Assembly: GCF_964204645.1 (NCBI RefSeq)
Contig: NW_027437470.1
Location: 1-64,000 of the forward strand
Source of the DNA: Tubulanus polymorphus
Lineage: Eukaryota > Animalia > Nemertea
Reading direction: 5' to 3'
DNA length: 64,000 nucleotides
The translations under genes and the position numbers were made by a program. This document shows, piece after piece, positions 26,162 through 39,111 of the stretch. Positions within the stretch are counted from its first letter, which is position 1, and each line of letters starts with the position of its first letter. The notes below the pieces were generated by a model. It ran no database searches, was not told the origin of the DNA, and worked only from the letters and a program-made list of their open reading frames with translations.

Positions 26162-26720
26162 AGTAATAGGGGTAATGGGCTTTCAAGCCAAAGGTCGAAC
26201 GGTCGAAGCTCATTAAAAACAAAACATTAAAAGCAATTTAAAACTATAATATATTTTCATAACCGTGTGTATTTTATATTATAACTAAATATTTATTCTA
26301 AGATATCAATAATTTAAATTTAAAAAGCATATTGTATTAAATCAATTGGTCGCTCCACTTCGCTACCGCTCCGCTCCGCGACCAATTGATTTATTTACAA
26401 TACACAAATTCATATAGTCAAATATATTTTAATAATAATTATTATTCTATTATTCAACTGAAATGCACACGGTTATGAAAATATATTATAGTTTTAAATT
26501 ACTTTTAATGTTTTGTTTTTTAATGAACTCGACCATTCAACCTTTAACCTGAAAGCCCATTACCCCTATTACTCTTAAAATATTCATGTAAATGAATAAC
26601 ATTTAAATTGACAGATTATTCAATATAAAAGTATATATTTACAACATTATTTCAATATTCATATTTGTATGAGATTTTTAACATTAAAAGTGTTAGTAAA
26701 GTGTGATTGAAATAATGCAT
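26162..26720 (+). repeat. Left TIR of the Polinton; first 412 bp are palindromic
   Basis: Reverse complement of 44736-45295; an internal inverted copy of the terminus ends at 26573. Confidence 0.95.
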
Positions 26721-26774
26721 GATATAAATCATTGAACTTCTAAAATCAATTTTAATAAAAAATTTAGAATTAAA

Positions 26775-29700
26775 ATGGAAGCAAATAAGTACTACTGTCC
26801 AACAGTATAATATCAATATAGATAAATCACAAAAAGCAAGACACAATAAAACTAAAACACATTTAGAGAATAAATTAAAATTAGAATATAAAGATGATAT
26901 ATTAGAAACTAAATTAGATGAATTAAAGAATGAAAAAGAAACATACAAATGTGATACATTTAATCAATCATTCAGTGATAAAAGATATTATAATGAACAT
27001 TTAAAATCTAAAAGTCATATTAGAAATAAGAATAATGATATTTTAGGTGAAGATTATTTTGATAAAGATAATGATAAGAAACAGAAGACAATTAAAAGCA
27101 TAAAAAATAAATTAAACAATAAAAGACCATACATGGAAGATGTAAGAAATTATATTAATTCATTAGATAATAAAAAAGATATAGAGATAACCGAAGCATT
27201 TAAAAGTGATATTGGTCCAGCAGCTATCGAGTTTAAATTTCATAAAGGAAAAACATTAGAAGAAAATAAAAAACATTTAGAAAATATGAAAGAAATAATA
27301 AAAATAATAACTGATGTTGAATATCCTAAAATAAGTATATCTTCTAAAGTTAAATTCATAAAATCTGAAGATAAACCAATATATAATATAAATTCTCATT
27401 CACAACATATTATATATAAACAACATATAGATGATAAAATAGATAAATGTTATAATGAAGTAAAAACTAAAATAGAAGAGAAATATTTTGAAGGGTCTGG
27501 TTTAATATTTGATGAGATGATATTTATGACTTTACATGTTTATAACACAAAATATAATAAGTTAACTAAATCAAAACCAATTGATGAAAATAATGTATCA
27601 TATTATAAAGAACCAGATATTGAAGCATCGAGTTATATTAAACTACCATTTAAAACTAATGCTGTTATAAATGTACAAAATGAAGATGATAAATGTTTTC
27701 TATGGGCTATAATAAGTTGTTTACACCCAGTTGAAGATTATAAACAACATAGTTTTAGATTAACTCATTATAAACAATTTGAAAATAATTATAAGATAGA
27801 TAAGTATCCTGTTATAACTAAAAACATCCCAAAAATAGAAAGAGATAATAATATAAAGATAAATGTATTTGATTTAATCAAATTACCAAATACAAAAGGT
27901 AACAATATAAAACATTATACATTAGAACCTTTATATCTATCAAAAGATTATGATTCAAACGATGTAATAGATATACAATATTATGAGAATCATTATATGT
28001 GGATTAAACAAATCGATTTATTTCTTAAATCAGAAAGTGATCACCATAAAATATATCTTTGTAGAAAATGTTTACATAGATTCAGTAATGAAAGTACATT
28101 ATTAAATCATAAACAATTATGTGAAAATCATGATTATTGTAAATTAGTTTTACCAAATGAAAAAAATAAAATATTAGAATTCAAAAAATATGATTACAAA
28201 AATAAAGTTCCATTTGTTATATATGGAGATTTTGAATCATTAAATAAAGAATTAACTGATCAAGATAGAAAAGAAATATATTATAAAAGAAAGAAATTAA
28301 ATTCTAGTGAAAATGATTTTTCAGATGAACCACCAAAAACAAATACAATTAAAAAGATTCATCAATCAGCTGCTGCTTTCGGGTTATATATTAAATCTGA
28401 TTATCCAGAACTAATTGAAAGTGAATATTATCATTATAGAAATGAAAATGTTATCAATCATTTTTGTGACTTATTAATTGAATATGAAATAAGATTTAGT
28501 AAATTATTGAATACAAATATCGAAATTATAATGACGGAAGAAGATAAAGAAGCATTTGAGTTTGCAGATAAATGTTATTATTGTGAAAAGATATTTAATT
28601 ATAAAGATAAAAAAGTAAGAGACCATGATCATTTGAATGGAAAGTTTAGAGGCGCTGCACATGAGAATTGTAACTTACAAGCTAAGAAAATTAACTTTGT
28701 ACCAGTTATATTTCATAATCTATCAGGATATGATGCACATTTATTCATCAAACAGTTATGCCATAAAATAGGAGAAATTAATAATGAAATAGAAAGATTA
28801 AATTCAAATAGATCAAAAGATAAAATACCAACTTATAAATTTAGAATGTTAGCTAAAACATCTGAGAATTATATATCATTCCAATTTGGTTGCCTAAGAT
28901 TTATAGATTCATATAGATTTTTAAATAGTTCATTAGATAACTTATCAAAATCATTAGTTGATGATGAATTAAAAATATTAAAGCAACATTACCCAAATAA
29001 TGATGATTTTCAATTAATGAGATATAAAGGAGCAATTCCATATTCATTTTATAAATCACATAATGATTTCAATATAACTGAATTATTGAAAGAACAATTC
29101 TATGATGAATTAAAAAATGAATATGTTAAAGATGAAGTCTATAATAGAACATTGATTATTTGGAATCATTTCAAAATAGAAAATCATGGACAATTAGTAG
29201 ATTTATATTTAAAATCAGATGTATTATTATCAACCGATATATTCGAAAGGTTTAGAGATGTAAACCTAAAATATTTCAATATTGATCCTTGTCATTGTTA
29301 TCCATCACCAGGATTAACATGGGATTGTGGATTAAAATTTACAGATATAAAAATGGATTTGTTAACAAATATAGATCAATTACTATTATTTGAAAAATCT
29401 ATAAGAGGAGGAGTTTCAGGTGTATTAGGTGATAGATATTTCAATGTAAATGATAACCCCGGATATAAGTTATTATATATAGATGCAAATAATTTGTATG
29501 GTTGGGCAATGATGGAACCACAACCTTATGGAGTATTTGAATTAACTGAAGTTTTACAGAATGAAAATAATAATAAATTTGATTGGAAGAAAAGAATTTT
29601 AGATATTGCAGATGATTCAGATACTGGTTACTTCTTTGTTGTAGATTTAGAATATCCTGAAGATAAAAAATTTAAATCTAGAAATCTAGCTTACTGTCCC

Positions 29701-30812
29701 GAACATAAAACTGTAACTCATGAAGAATTATCAAATTATCAAAAAAGAATTAAACCCGAAAATCATATTCATACAGAAAAGTTAATGGTAACTCAAGAAG
29801 ATAAATATAATTATGTAGTACATTACAGAATGTTAAAGTTTTATTTGAATCAAGGAATGATTATAAAAAAAGTACATAGATATATTTCATTAAGCCAATC
29901 TAAGTGGTTAGAAAAATATATAGATTTTAACACCAAACAGAGAAATGAAGCTAAAACTGATTTCGAGAAAGATTTCTTCAAGTTAATGAATAATGCATTC
30001 TATGGTAAGACTTGTGAAAATATTAGAAATAGAAATGATATTGAGTTAGTTAGTAATGGTAAAAGAATTAGACATTTACAAACATACCCTAAGTTCATTG
30101 GTAACAGAATATTTGATGAAAATTTAGCAGCAGTTAAGATGAGAAGAACATCAATGAAATTTAATAAACCAATTTATGTTGGCGCTTCAGTTTTAGAATT
30201 ATCAAAATTACTAATGTATGAATTCTATTATAATGTATTACAACCACTTTTTGGAGAAAAACATATAGAAATATTATATTTTGATACTGACAGTTACATA
30301 TTAAAGATAAAAACTGATAACATAACTGATGATTTAAAAACATTAAAACATCATTTTGATTTCAGTAATTATCCTAAAGATCATGAATTGTTTAGCAATG
30401 ATAATAAAAAAGTTCCAGGGAAGTTTAAGGATGAATTAGGCGATGAAGAAATGATTGAATTCATCGGTATTTGATCTAAAATGTATTCATATAAAACTAA
30501 AGAACATGAAGCTAAAAAGTTAAAAGGAATAACCAAAAGTGTAGTAGAAAAGAATATTCATTTCAAAGATTACATCAATTGTATATTCAATGAAGAAGTT
30601 AGAAAACATAAGATGAGATGTTTAAGATCTGAAGATCATGAAATGTTTATTGAAGAAATTGAAAAGATAAGTCTAAACCCATTTGATGAAAAGATATATT
30701 CTGGATGATGGAATTCATACAGTTGCTTATGGTTGTAATTTAGATGAATACTTAAAATTTAAAAGAGAAGAAACAAAAGAGAACGGGATAATGAAAAGAA
30801 TTCTAACGTGTT
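26775..30812 (+). pseudogene. polB: Protein-primed family B DNA polymerase (type with endonuclease VII-like insert) with N-terminal C2H2 fingers
   Basis: Exonuclease YGDFES, insert CYYC...DHDHLNGKFRGAAHENCN, FHNLSGYD, and motifs DANNLYG, KLMNNAFYGK, YFDTDS. Stop at 30472-30474 (GI*SKMY) and frameshifts near 26800 and 30690 (KRYILDDGIHTVAYG). Confidence 0.95.
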
Positions 30813-30843
30813 AATCAAATTTTAATAAAAATATGTATTATAA

Positions 30844-31197
30844 ATGGAGAGTAAACAAGCGCACAGTGAGAACAACAAATCATTTCTAGATAGAATAAAA
30901 GATACTTCAAATGTCAAATCAGTAGATTATAAATTTAAGAAGTTAAAAGAATTAATAATCCATAAGAAATATCTAATTACAAATATTGATACAGTAACTA
31001 ACAAATATGGAGATAAATTAGTTATACACTTAGAATATGAAGGATTAAAAGGAAATACATATAAATTCAGAACATATTTACCGGATAGATTTCATAGATT
31101 ATCAAGTGAAGATCTAGAAGAATTATGTTCTGGAGATTTCTATTTCGTATACAAAGGTAAGAATGAAAAAGGGCATCATGAAATAGATTTCGAATAA
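30844..31197 (+). CDS. Polinton small protein, possibly an OB-fold ssDNA-binding protein
   Basis: Intact 117 aa directly after polB, with a beta-rich pattern (TNKYGDKLVIHL, TYLPDRF). Function is inferred only. Confidence 0.5.
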   Translation: MESKQAHSENNKSFLDRIKDTSNVKSVDYKFKKLKELIIHKKYLITNIDTVTNKYGDKLVIHLEYEGLKGNTYKFRTYLPDRFHRLSSEDLEELCSGDFYFVYKGKNEKGHHEIDFE

Positions 31198-31214
31198 GAA
31201 AATATGTAAAATAA

Positions 31215-31970
31215 ATGGCGGAATTAAAAGAATACAGAATATTTGTTGATTCTAGAAGTCTTACAAATTATAAATCTCATAATTTACTAGTTCAATTAGA
31301 TAGAGAATTTAAGAATTGTGTAGATTTAAAATTAGTAAATATAAGTTTATGATATTCTTTTCATAATATATCGAATAAAAGTCTTGATCATTTAGCTTTT
31401 AAAATTAATGTTAGAAATTTGAATAAATGGTTTCATCTTTATCTAAAACCAGGATTATATAATTGAGAAACATAAGCGCAAGAAATTAATAGAAGAGCTC
31501 GTTTAAAAATGGGCGCAGCTGCTAGATTTGAAATTAAATTTATCAAAAGTGATAGTTCGAATAAAATAAGAATAAAGTTAACTAATGAACAACATAGATT
31601 TCTAGTAAGAAAACCTTTAGCTAAACTGTTTGGAATTCTCCCGGATAGAGATTATTCAAGTATCGAAACTTATACAAATTTAATGACTTTTACACATTTT
31701 TTCATTTATTGCAATTTAATCAATCCTAAAAAAACATTTGAAGCAACTAAAGATACAATTTGTAATTCTAGTATATTAAATATTTTACCATTAAAAAATG
31801 TCAAACAATTTGGAACTCAAATAAATTATAATTTAACTGAATGTGATTTCAAACCTTGTATTCCACATTTCAATAATTTTAAGTTAGAAATAAGAAACCA
31901 TAATGGTTATTTAATTGATTTGAATAACTTTCCTGTGATATATGAATTAGTTATAAGATGTAGAGAGTAA
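31215..31970 (+). pseudogene. Minor capsid (penton) protein
   Basis: IFVDS..N..LVQL, W..LYLKPGLY, IYCNLI, ILNILP and LEIRNHNGYLIDLNNFPVIYELVI fit the Polinton penton pattern. Stop at ~31350 and frameshift at ~31460. Confidence 0.8.
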
Positions 31971-31986
31971 TTTTTTCACTATATAA

Positions 31987-32343
31987 ATGAATATAACTGT
32001 TGGGCCGAGCATATGTTTTGGATTTGATTTTAAACGTGAGAAAGAAATGAAATTTAACGTTAATGATGTAATTACACATATCAAAAATATTACATTTTCT
32101 AATGACACAACATTTGAGTATGAAACAACCATAGATAAAGAAACTTTAAATGTAGAAAAGATTACTAATTTAATTAGAGAATCTTTAAGATTTTATGAAT
32201 TAGATGAAGATTTTATCATCGATGATATTAAAAAAATAATAATTGAAATATATACAAATGAAACTAGTAATGAAATAAATGTTGAAATAATCATAAATAA
32301 GTTAACTAAATATTTTGATGATAGTAATTTTTTTGATAAATAA
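31987..32343 (+). CDS. Hypothetical Polinton protein
   Basis: Intact 118-aa ORF with TAAATG start. Confidence 0.6.
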   Translation: MNITVGPSICFGFDFKREKEMKFNVNDVITHIKNITFSNDTTFEYETTIDKETLNVEKITNLIRESLRFYELDEDFIIDDIKKIIIEIYTNETSNEINVEIIINKLTKYFDDSNFFDK

Positions 32344-32538
32344 ATGAGTGATAATAAGTGGATAATAACTGGATTATATAATGGAGCATGACTATCAGTT
32401 GGAACTGTTAGTTATTCAATGGTATTAAAAAAAGTATTTAAAATGGGAAGTGTTAATGTTGATAGATTTGATATAAATGATATTTTAAAATTAACATTAG
32501 CAGTCACAAAAATATATTCCTCCCATATAAATGCGTAA
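32344..32538 (+). pseudogene. Small hydrophobic Polinton protein
   Basis: TAAATG start; MSDNKWIITGLYNGA*LSVGTVSYSMVLKK...KLTLAV with an internal stop. Confidence 0.5.
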
Positions 32539-32554
32539 TTATTTTACTAAATAA

Positions 32555-32977
32555 ATGGCTTCTGCAATTATAACTATTATAGGATCGGCAATTGTTAACG
32601 CTTTAGCATTTACTGGCGGCGGTTATTTATTTAAGCATATTGATAAGAATAGTTCATTAGGAGAACAAAGAAGACATAACTTAGCATTAGAGAAATACAA
32701 TAAAGCAGCAGAAGAATACATAGAAAAACGACAAAACTATATGGATTACATCAATAAAGAATTATATGATCAGAAGATTTCACATAGAGATTTTCAATCA
32801 GTTGATGATGCAATGAGTTTATATAACGCAGTAACAAATAAAGAAAAATTACATCTATACAAACCTAAATTATCAGATTATTATACCCCAAGTAATGAAC
32901 AGAAGTAATATGAAATAATTTGGATTTTAGGTGGAACAGTTATTGTTATATTTGTGGCGTATAAGTTTACTAATTAG
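32555..32977 (+). pseudogene. Polinton membrane protein (N- and C-terminal hydrophobic helices)
   Basis: IIGSAIVNALAFTGGGYLF...EQRRHNLALE; a stop at 32906-32908 precedes a TM tail YEIIWILGGTVIVIFVAYKF. Confidence 0.65.
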
Positions 32978-32996
32978 TAATTTTTTTGCTAAATAA

Positions 32997-33431
32997 ATGG
33001 AAGATAAAGTTGATAATATTGATATTATTCCTCATGATATAAATAAAACTAAATTGAAAATATATTTAGAAAAACAAATATTAGAATTTGAAAGTGACTT
33101 AAAGATAAAAAAGAAAAAATATTTAAAAAGTAAAATTATATATTATCTTATTATCAGTGGTTCGGTTACAATTAGTTCTGTAATAACATTTCTAGCAATA
33201 TTCAGTCCATTAACACCTTTAGCTATATCAATTGGTGTATTAGGATTAAGTTCAAGTGTTTTAACTGGTATAAGTTCAAAATTAAATATAAAAAGTGATA
33301 AAGAAAAAATTAAAACTTATATAAAAGAAATTAATAAATTGAAGAATACACTAGATTATGTAATAAGTTTAAATGGCCATATAACAGTTGAAGAACAAGA
33401 TAAATTATTAAAAGAATTAATAAATTATTAA
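32997..33431 (+). CDS. Two-TM-helix hypothetical protein
   Basis: Intact 144 aa with a central hydrophobic hairpin. Confidence 0.65.
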   Translation: MEDKVDNIDIIPHDINKTKLKIYLEKQILEFESDLKIKKKKYLKSKIIYYLIISGSVTISSVITFLAIFSPLTPLAISIGVLGLSSSVLTGISSKLNIKSDKEKIKTYIKEINKLKNTLDYVISLNGHITVEEQDKLLKELINY

Positions 33432-33448
33432 TTTTTTTAATTAAATAA

Positions 33449-34834
33449 ATGGTAGATAGTTTTCCAAAAGCTTTCCAATATAATAAATCAATTAAATATA
33501 ATATTCCAGCAATAGATTTCAATAAAGATATTACATATAGAAATGAAGTTTTAGATTCATTAACTAATTTTGAAATTTATGTTACTGAAACTAATAATTG
33601 TAATGCAAAGATGGAAAATATATTTCATGTATATTTAATTAATTTTGAAAAATTGAAAGATGAAAAACAATGGTTATTAAAATCTAATATGAAGTATTGG
33701 CAGAACCAATTAAATTTTGCTGTTTATTGTGCAACAACAGGATGCGGAATTAGTTGGAATGATCATTTGAATAATTCTAAATATAAATTAATTCAAATTT
33801 TATTTAGATTTCATACATACTTTCAAATCAGAATAATATTAAATGAATTAGAGTGCGCTTTACCAGGATCTAGGTATTTTAAAGAATTAGATAATAATAT
33901 TAATTCATCATAGTTTTATAAAATTTATAATGAATTTAATATAGATATAAATAATTCTGATTTTAGAACAAAAATTGGAACAATAAGATCACTTCCTTGC
34001 CCTAAAAAGATTGCAGAATATTGTGCACTTCCCATACCATCTAATAGTTTGTATAATATCTATAGTAATAAATTAGGTTATGGTAAAATAGAAACTAAGG
34101 ATTTAGAAACATTAAATTTCAATAAATTACCGAAATTTTATGATAATTTAAAACAAGAAAACAATAATGGTTGGGTTTATTTCATTTTAGAAAATAATGA
34201 AGGCTTTACAAAATCAGGTATACAAAGAATAAATCAATCTATTAGAACTTATTTGATATGTATTTTAGGTGCGCAAGTTGAAACAAGATCCCCAATAATT
34301 GGAAATTTAAATACATCATTTGATACACAGAAACAATTCAAAGTATTATTTGAAGATTCTATTCATAATGATAAAAATAGATCGATTCCAGAAAACATTG
34401 TAAGATATCAAAATTATTTAGATAAATCGCATATTAAATTAAATTATTGTATAGGCCCTAATCTATTAATTATTTCTAATGATTTAGTATTAAAGATGGG
34501 AAATATAATTGTTTATAATAATCTAATTAAAACTGCAACAATAAATAATTCATTTGGATTGAATGATATAAATAAAAAGATAATTACTGCTCCAAAATTA
34601 ATGGAAGGTGAAAAAAATAAAACATATTTAATCAACAGAAACTAAAACTAATAATATTAAATCAAATAATGATTCTAAAATAAAAGATTACAATACATCA
34701 GAAAATATTAGAACTGATAATATTCAACATGAAATAATTAAACTAAATGATGATAATAAATCCCATGAAAATACTAAATTAGCTTTACCTTGTATAGGAA
34801 TTGTTATAGGAGGAATATTATATTTTAAATTTTA
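33449..34834 (+). pseudogene. Polinton protein of unknown function with C-terminal TM helix
   Basis: WQNQLNFAVYCATTGCGIS, FRFHTYFQIR and GIQRINQSIRTYLICILGAQV lie in ORFs 33449-33913 and 34049-34645, separated by a stop; a frameshift precedes the TM tail. Confidence 0.65.
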
Positions 34835-34850
34835 ATTTTTTATTATATAA

Positions 34851-36565
34851 ATGGAAGAAGATATTCCAATGGATACTTTTGGTGACGCCCCCGGTATAAG
34901 TGATGAACCACAACCTGATTTTAATGAAACTAATATTGATAATGATGATGAATCAGCATATAATACTAATTTAGGTGAAGATGATTCTAGTGGGCCTATA
35001 TTATATGATTATGATGAATTTGAATATGATACTGTAACAAGTGAAAAATTAATAGATTATTTAGAATCCCTCGATAAGATAATAATTAAAACTAGGCCAG
35101 ATAGAAAAGATTTAATTAATAGATTAGAAAGAACAGAAAACCCTGAATTGAAAAAAACAATTATTATACATAAAACATAGTGTAACAAATACAGTTATTG
35201 AAGAATTATTACCAAAAAAAGGTAACATATAACATTGAACCAGAAGATATTGCAATACAAATTGTAGAAGATGATCCATTTTTCATGAATAATTTAGAAT
35301 TTAAAAATGATTCATGGTTTTATAAAGTTGAATTAAATAACGAAACTGTATCAATTCAATTATTTAAAATGGGACAAGAAGATCTGTACCATCCTGAAAT
35401 GCGTGCAGGATCTTCAATTGAACGTTCAAAAGGTGGTAGAGAATTTCTCAGAATTATATGGAATGCAATCGATAGAATAAATGAAGAAGAACCAATTCCT
35501 AAAATTGATATTAACAAATATTCACCATTTAAAAATCCAAATTTAAATCCTCCTGATGTTGATCCAGAAATGGAAGAGTATGGAGATCGATTAGATAAAT
35601 TAAGATCTTCAACACCCGAAACATCGAGAAGAGATATTCAACAAATTGATAATGATTCAAGTCAATTACAATTAGTAAAACATTTTGATAGCATGTTAGA
35701 TACAATTCATTCATTTGAAGAAGAGATGAATAGTGCTTTAGATACACCCGGTGCTGAAACTGGAATAAATCGAATACAATCTTTACTAGAAAAAGGATTA
35801 TTTGATTTAAATGATGATGAATTAGAAGCATTTCCTGAACAAGCGCGTAGAGAAATTAAAGGTATGCAAGAATCGGCTGATAAAATTGCGCATGAAAAAA
35901 GTAAAAGAGATATTAGATTTTTAGAAAAAGATAGAACTGATAAAATTAAAGAAATAGAACAACTAAAATTAGAAAGAGATAATAAAGTTATTGAAGAAAT
36001 CGAATTTAAAAAAAGAAATGCGTATTTAGAAAAAGAAAAAGATGATTTAGAATATAACATAGAATTACAAAAAGAAGAAATTAAATTATTATTAAAATCA
36101 TATGATTATAATATTAATAGATTAAAAGTTATTTTTAAAGATTTGTTGATAAAACCAAATTCTGAAATATCATTGAAGGATAGAATGAAATTGTTATTTA
36201 AATTAGAAGGAATAACAATTCTTTCAATTCTAACAGCTGTAACTATGTTATTTACAACAATTGGTTTAGCAATATCAAATGCTTTAAAATCTACTCCTAC
36301 TCCAAATAAACCAGATAAACCCCCGAATGATAATTCTATACAAGATAAAGTTAAAGATGGTTTAAAGAAATTAGCAAAATATTTATGGGAACTATCTAAA
36401 AAATCTGCTGCAGCATTGCCAGGAGTTATTGCATCAATTGTTGGTTTTATATTGAAATCTGCAGGAAACATTATTAACTTTGCTGCTGAACATATTATTT
36501 TATTTTTAATTATAGTTGTAAGTGCAATTATTTTTGGGTTAGTAAACATGATCAAAAATAAATAA
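34851..36565 (+). pseudogene. Acidic/coiled-coil protein with C-terminal amphipathic and TM helices
   Basis: ORFs 34851-35180 and 35198-36565; LFKLEGITILSILTAV and ALPGVIASIVGFIL hydrophobic blocks. Confidence 0.65.
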
Positions 36566-36585
36566 TTAATTTTTTTGTTAAATAA

Positions 36586-37839
36586 ATGAGTGGGAGTTAT
36601 ATCAATCCTTCTAAGAATCATAGAATATCTAATGCTATTAAAGCAGAAAGATCACATCATATAATTACTCATAACCCTTCTAATATTAATCCCGATGAAA
36701 CTTTATATGTTAGAATTCCTCGATTAACACAAAATATTTTTTTATGTTCCAAATAGTATTTATTTATCAGCTGATATCAAAGTAATCGGTAATAATAATA
36801 ATTATGTTGTTGATAATGTTGGAAGATATTTGATTAAAAAATTAACTATAAAGATTGGTCCAGAAACAGTTTTCTCATTAGATGATTATAATTTATTTAT
36901 GCATTATTAAGATTTATGGTTAACAAAAGAAAATAGAAATAATATGATATTTCAAGGCATCCAATCAGAAAACCATAATAAATTAAGATCAGGAGCTAAT
37001 GACGCAATAGTAACTAATGCTGTAGATAAATTGATAAAAAGTATATATGGAAGCAAATATAAAATTCCATTAGACTTTGAATTGATAAATAATAATGCAC
37101 CTTTATATAAATACGCAATTCAAGAAGACGTTATATTCGAAATAATATTTGCTCCTGTAAATGAAATTGTAATATCTAGCGTTAATAAAGATATGAGTTA
37201 TAAATTATCGAATATATGTTTAGAATATGACACAGTAACTGATGAAAATATTTCAGGTATAATTCAATCTCAATACAATCAAGGATTTTCATTATTATAT
37301 GATTATATTGATAAATTTAAAACTGTAACTATTAATGCAAATGATGAAATTATTAATGAGAATATTAACTTCCCAAGAAGATCTATTAAAGGTATATTAA
37401 TATTTTTTACCATTGCAACATATGGCTAACTAATGGCGCAATAAATGTTGATAATTATTATAATCCTGAAATAACAAAAGTAGAAAAAACTATCGAAGGA
37501 ATAGCAAATAAAATATTTTGTCAAGGAATGAGAATGATAGATCAATGGCCAGAAATTAGAAAACATTTTATGAATGAAAAAGTAAAATCATCTGAAAATT
37601 GTAACATTAATCAAATTGATTATTATACCGGTAATAAATACGCATTATGGTTAGATTTTAGAACAACAGAGGATAATTCATTACATGGTTCTGGAAAATA
37701 ACTACAGAACACTAAAGATGGAATACAATTATTCATGACAAAGAATAAAGGAATCAAAAATTTTAAAATGCACATTTATATTATATCTGACGCGCAATTA
37801 AATATTGTAAATTCTCAATTAAATAGTGTTATGTATTAA
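36586..37839 (+). pseudogene. Major capsid protein (double jelly-roll)
   Basis: ITHNPSNINPDETLYVRIP, VVDNVGR, KIPLDFE, LSNICLEYD, NFPRRSIKGIL, YNPEITKV..TIEG, KYALWLDFRT...LHGSG and ISDAQLNI. At least two stops and two frameshifts. Confidence 0.88.
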
Positions 37840-37871
37840 AATTTTAACTTAAATAAAAATTTATATAATAA

Positions 37872-38771
37872 ATGGAAGGAGGTAAAGTATATAAACATAT
37901 TCCATACATCGATACACATGAAAATAATGATGGTTAATATTATGTAATACCTTGTAATATAGCTTCGATATTTGATCCTATTTTCAAAATTTATAAAACT
38001 AAACTAATAGAAATCAATAATGATAAAAGTGGTGTTGTTGATAATTTAAGTAATGTAATTGATAATAATGTAATACCTACTACATCTAATAATGTAATAC
38101 CTTCTACATCTAATAATGTAATACCTACTACATCTAATAATGTAATACCTACTACATCTAATAATGTAATACCTACTACATCTAATAATGTAATACCCTC
38201 TTCATCAAATAATGTAATACCTTCTACATCAAATAATGAAATAATATTAAATGTTTGTGAAAATAGAAATTATTGTGGATATTGTAAAAGTGAATTTTCA
38301 AACGCTACATCAAATTGGAATAAACATATGAATACAAGGGTACATATAAATAATGTTATAGAACGTGTTGGTTTAAAAGAATTTATAGAACACCCATTTA
38401 GATATTTTACAAAGTTTGTTTCAAATCAAAAAGTAAATGGTGAAAAAATATATGAAGATTTATTATTAGCAACACCTTATAAAGATGAATTAGATCTAAC
38501 CGATGCTAATGAAATATTAGGATCAAACACTGTAAATGAAATATTAGGAGCAAACACTAATACAGATTCTATGAAACATAAAGTAGAAAATAATGATAAA
38601 TTTGATTGGATGAATAAGCATAACAATGAAACAACTATTGATGATGCGGTAAAAAAGGTGAAAAATAAGTATAAAAATAATAGAGAATTTGAAGAAGAAA
38701 ATTCGGTAGAGAATTTGATTAAATTGTTAGGGTCTGATAGTGAATTGGAGAGTGATGATGAAAGTGATTAA
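37872..38771 (+). pseudogene. Protein with NNVIPTTS repeats and a C2H2-type zinc finger
   Basis: Same frame from ATG 37872 (one stop at ~37936) into ORF 38328; CGYC...KHMNTRVH. Confidence 0.6.
38064..38240 (+). repeat. 24-bp coding minisatellite, ~7 copies
   Basis: AATAATGTAATACCTACTACATCT units. Confidence 0.9.
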
Positions 38772-38854
38772 GATATTAATTATATTTAACTCAAATAATA
38801 ATATTAGTTGAAAATTGTATAAAATAATAGTAAATAAAAAAGGGGGTTTTAAGT

Positions 38855-38913
38855 ATTTAAGGTATTTTCAAATAATATGTATTAGATATGTATTATTTGA
38901 AAATACCTTAAAT
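38855..38913. terminator. Palindromic hairpin between the convergent gene blocks; putative bidirectional terminator
   Basis: Perfect 23-bp arms ATTTAAGGTATTTTCAAATAATA / TATTATTTGAAAATACCTTAAAT. Function is inferred from position. Confidence 0.45.
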
Positions 38914-39111
38914 TATATTTCTTTTTTAAATTTATATTGAAACCTCAGTAATAATAAATAACCTTTATTATTTTCAAACTCATTCATATATTAGTTAAAA
39001 AAATAAAAAAGGGGGTTTTAAGTATTTAAGGTATCTAATAGGGTATCAGGTATTAGGGTATCTAATGGGGTATCAGGTATTAGGGTATCTAATACATAGG
39101 TATACAAATAG

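Noticed and set aside
35529-36621. Antisense ORFs over Polinton genes (and similar ones over the LINE and BEL)
   Set aside because: Shadow frames of real coding sequence.
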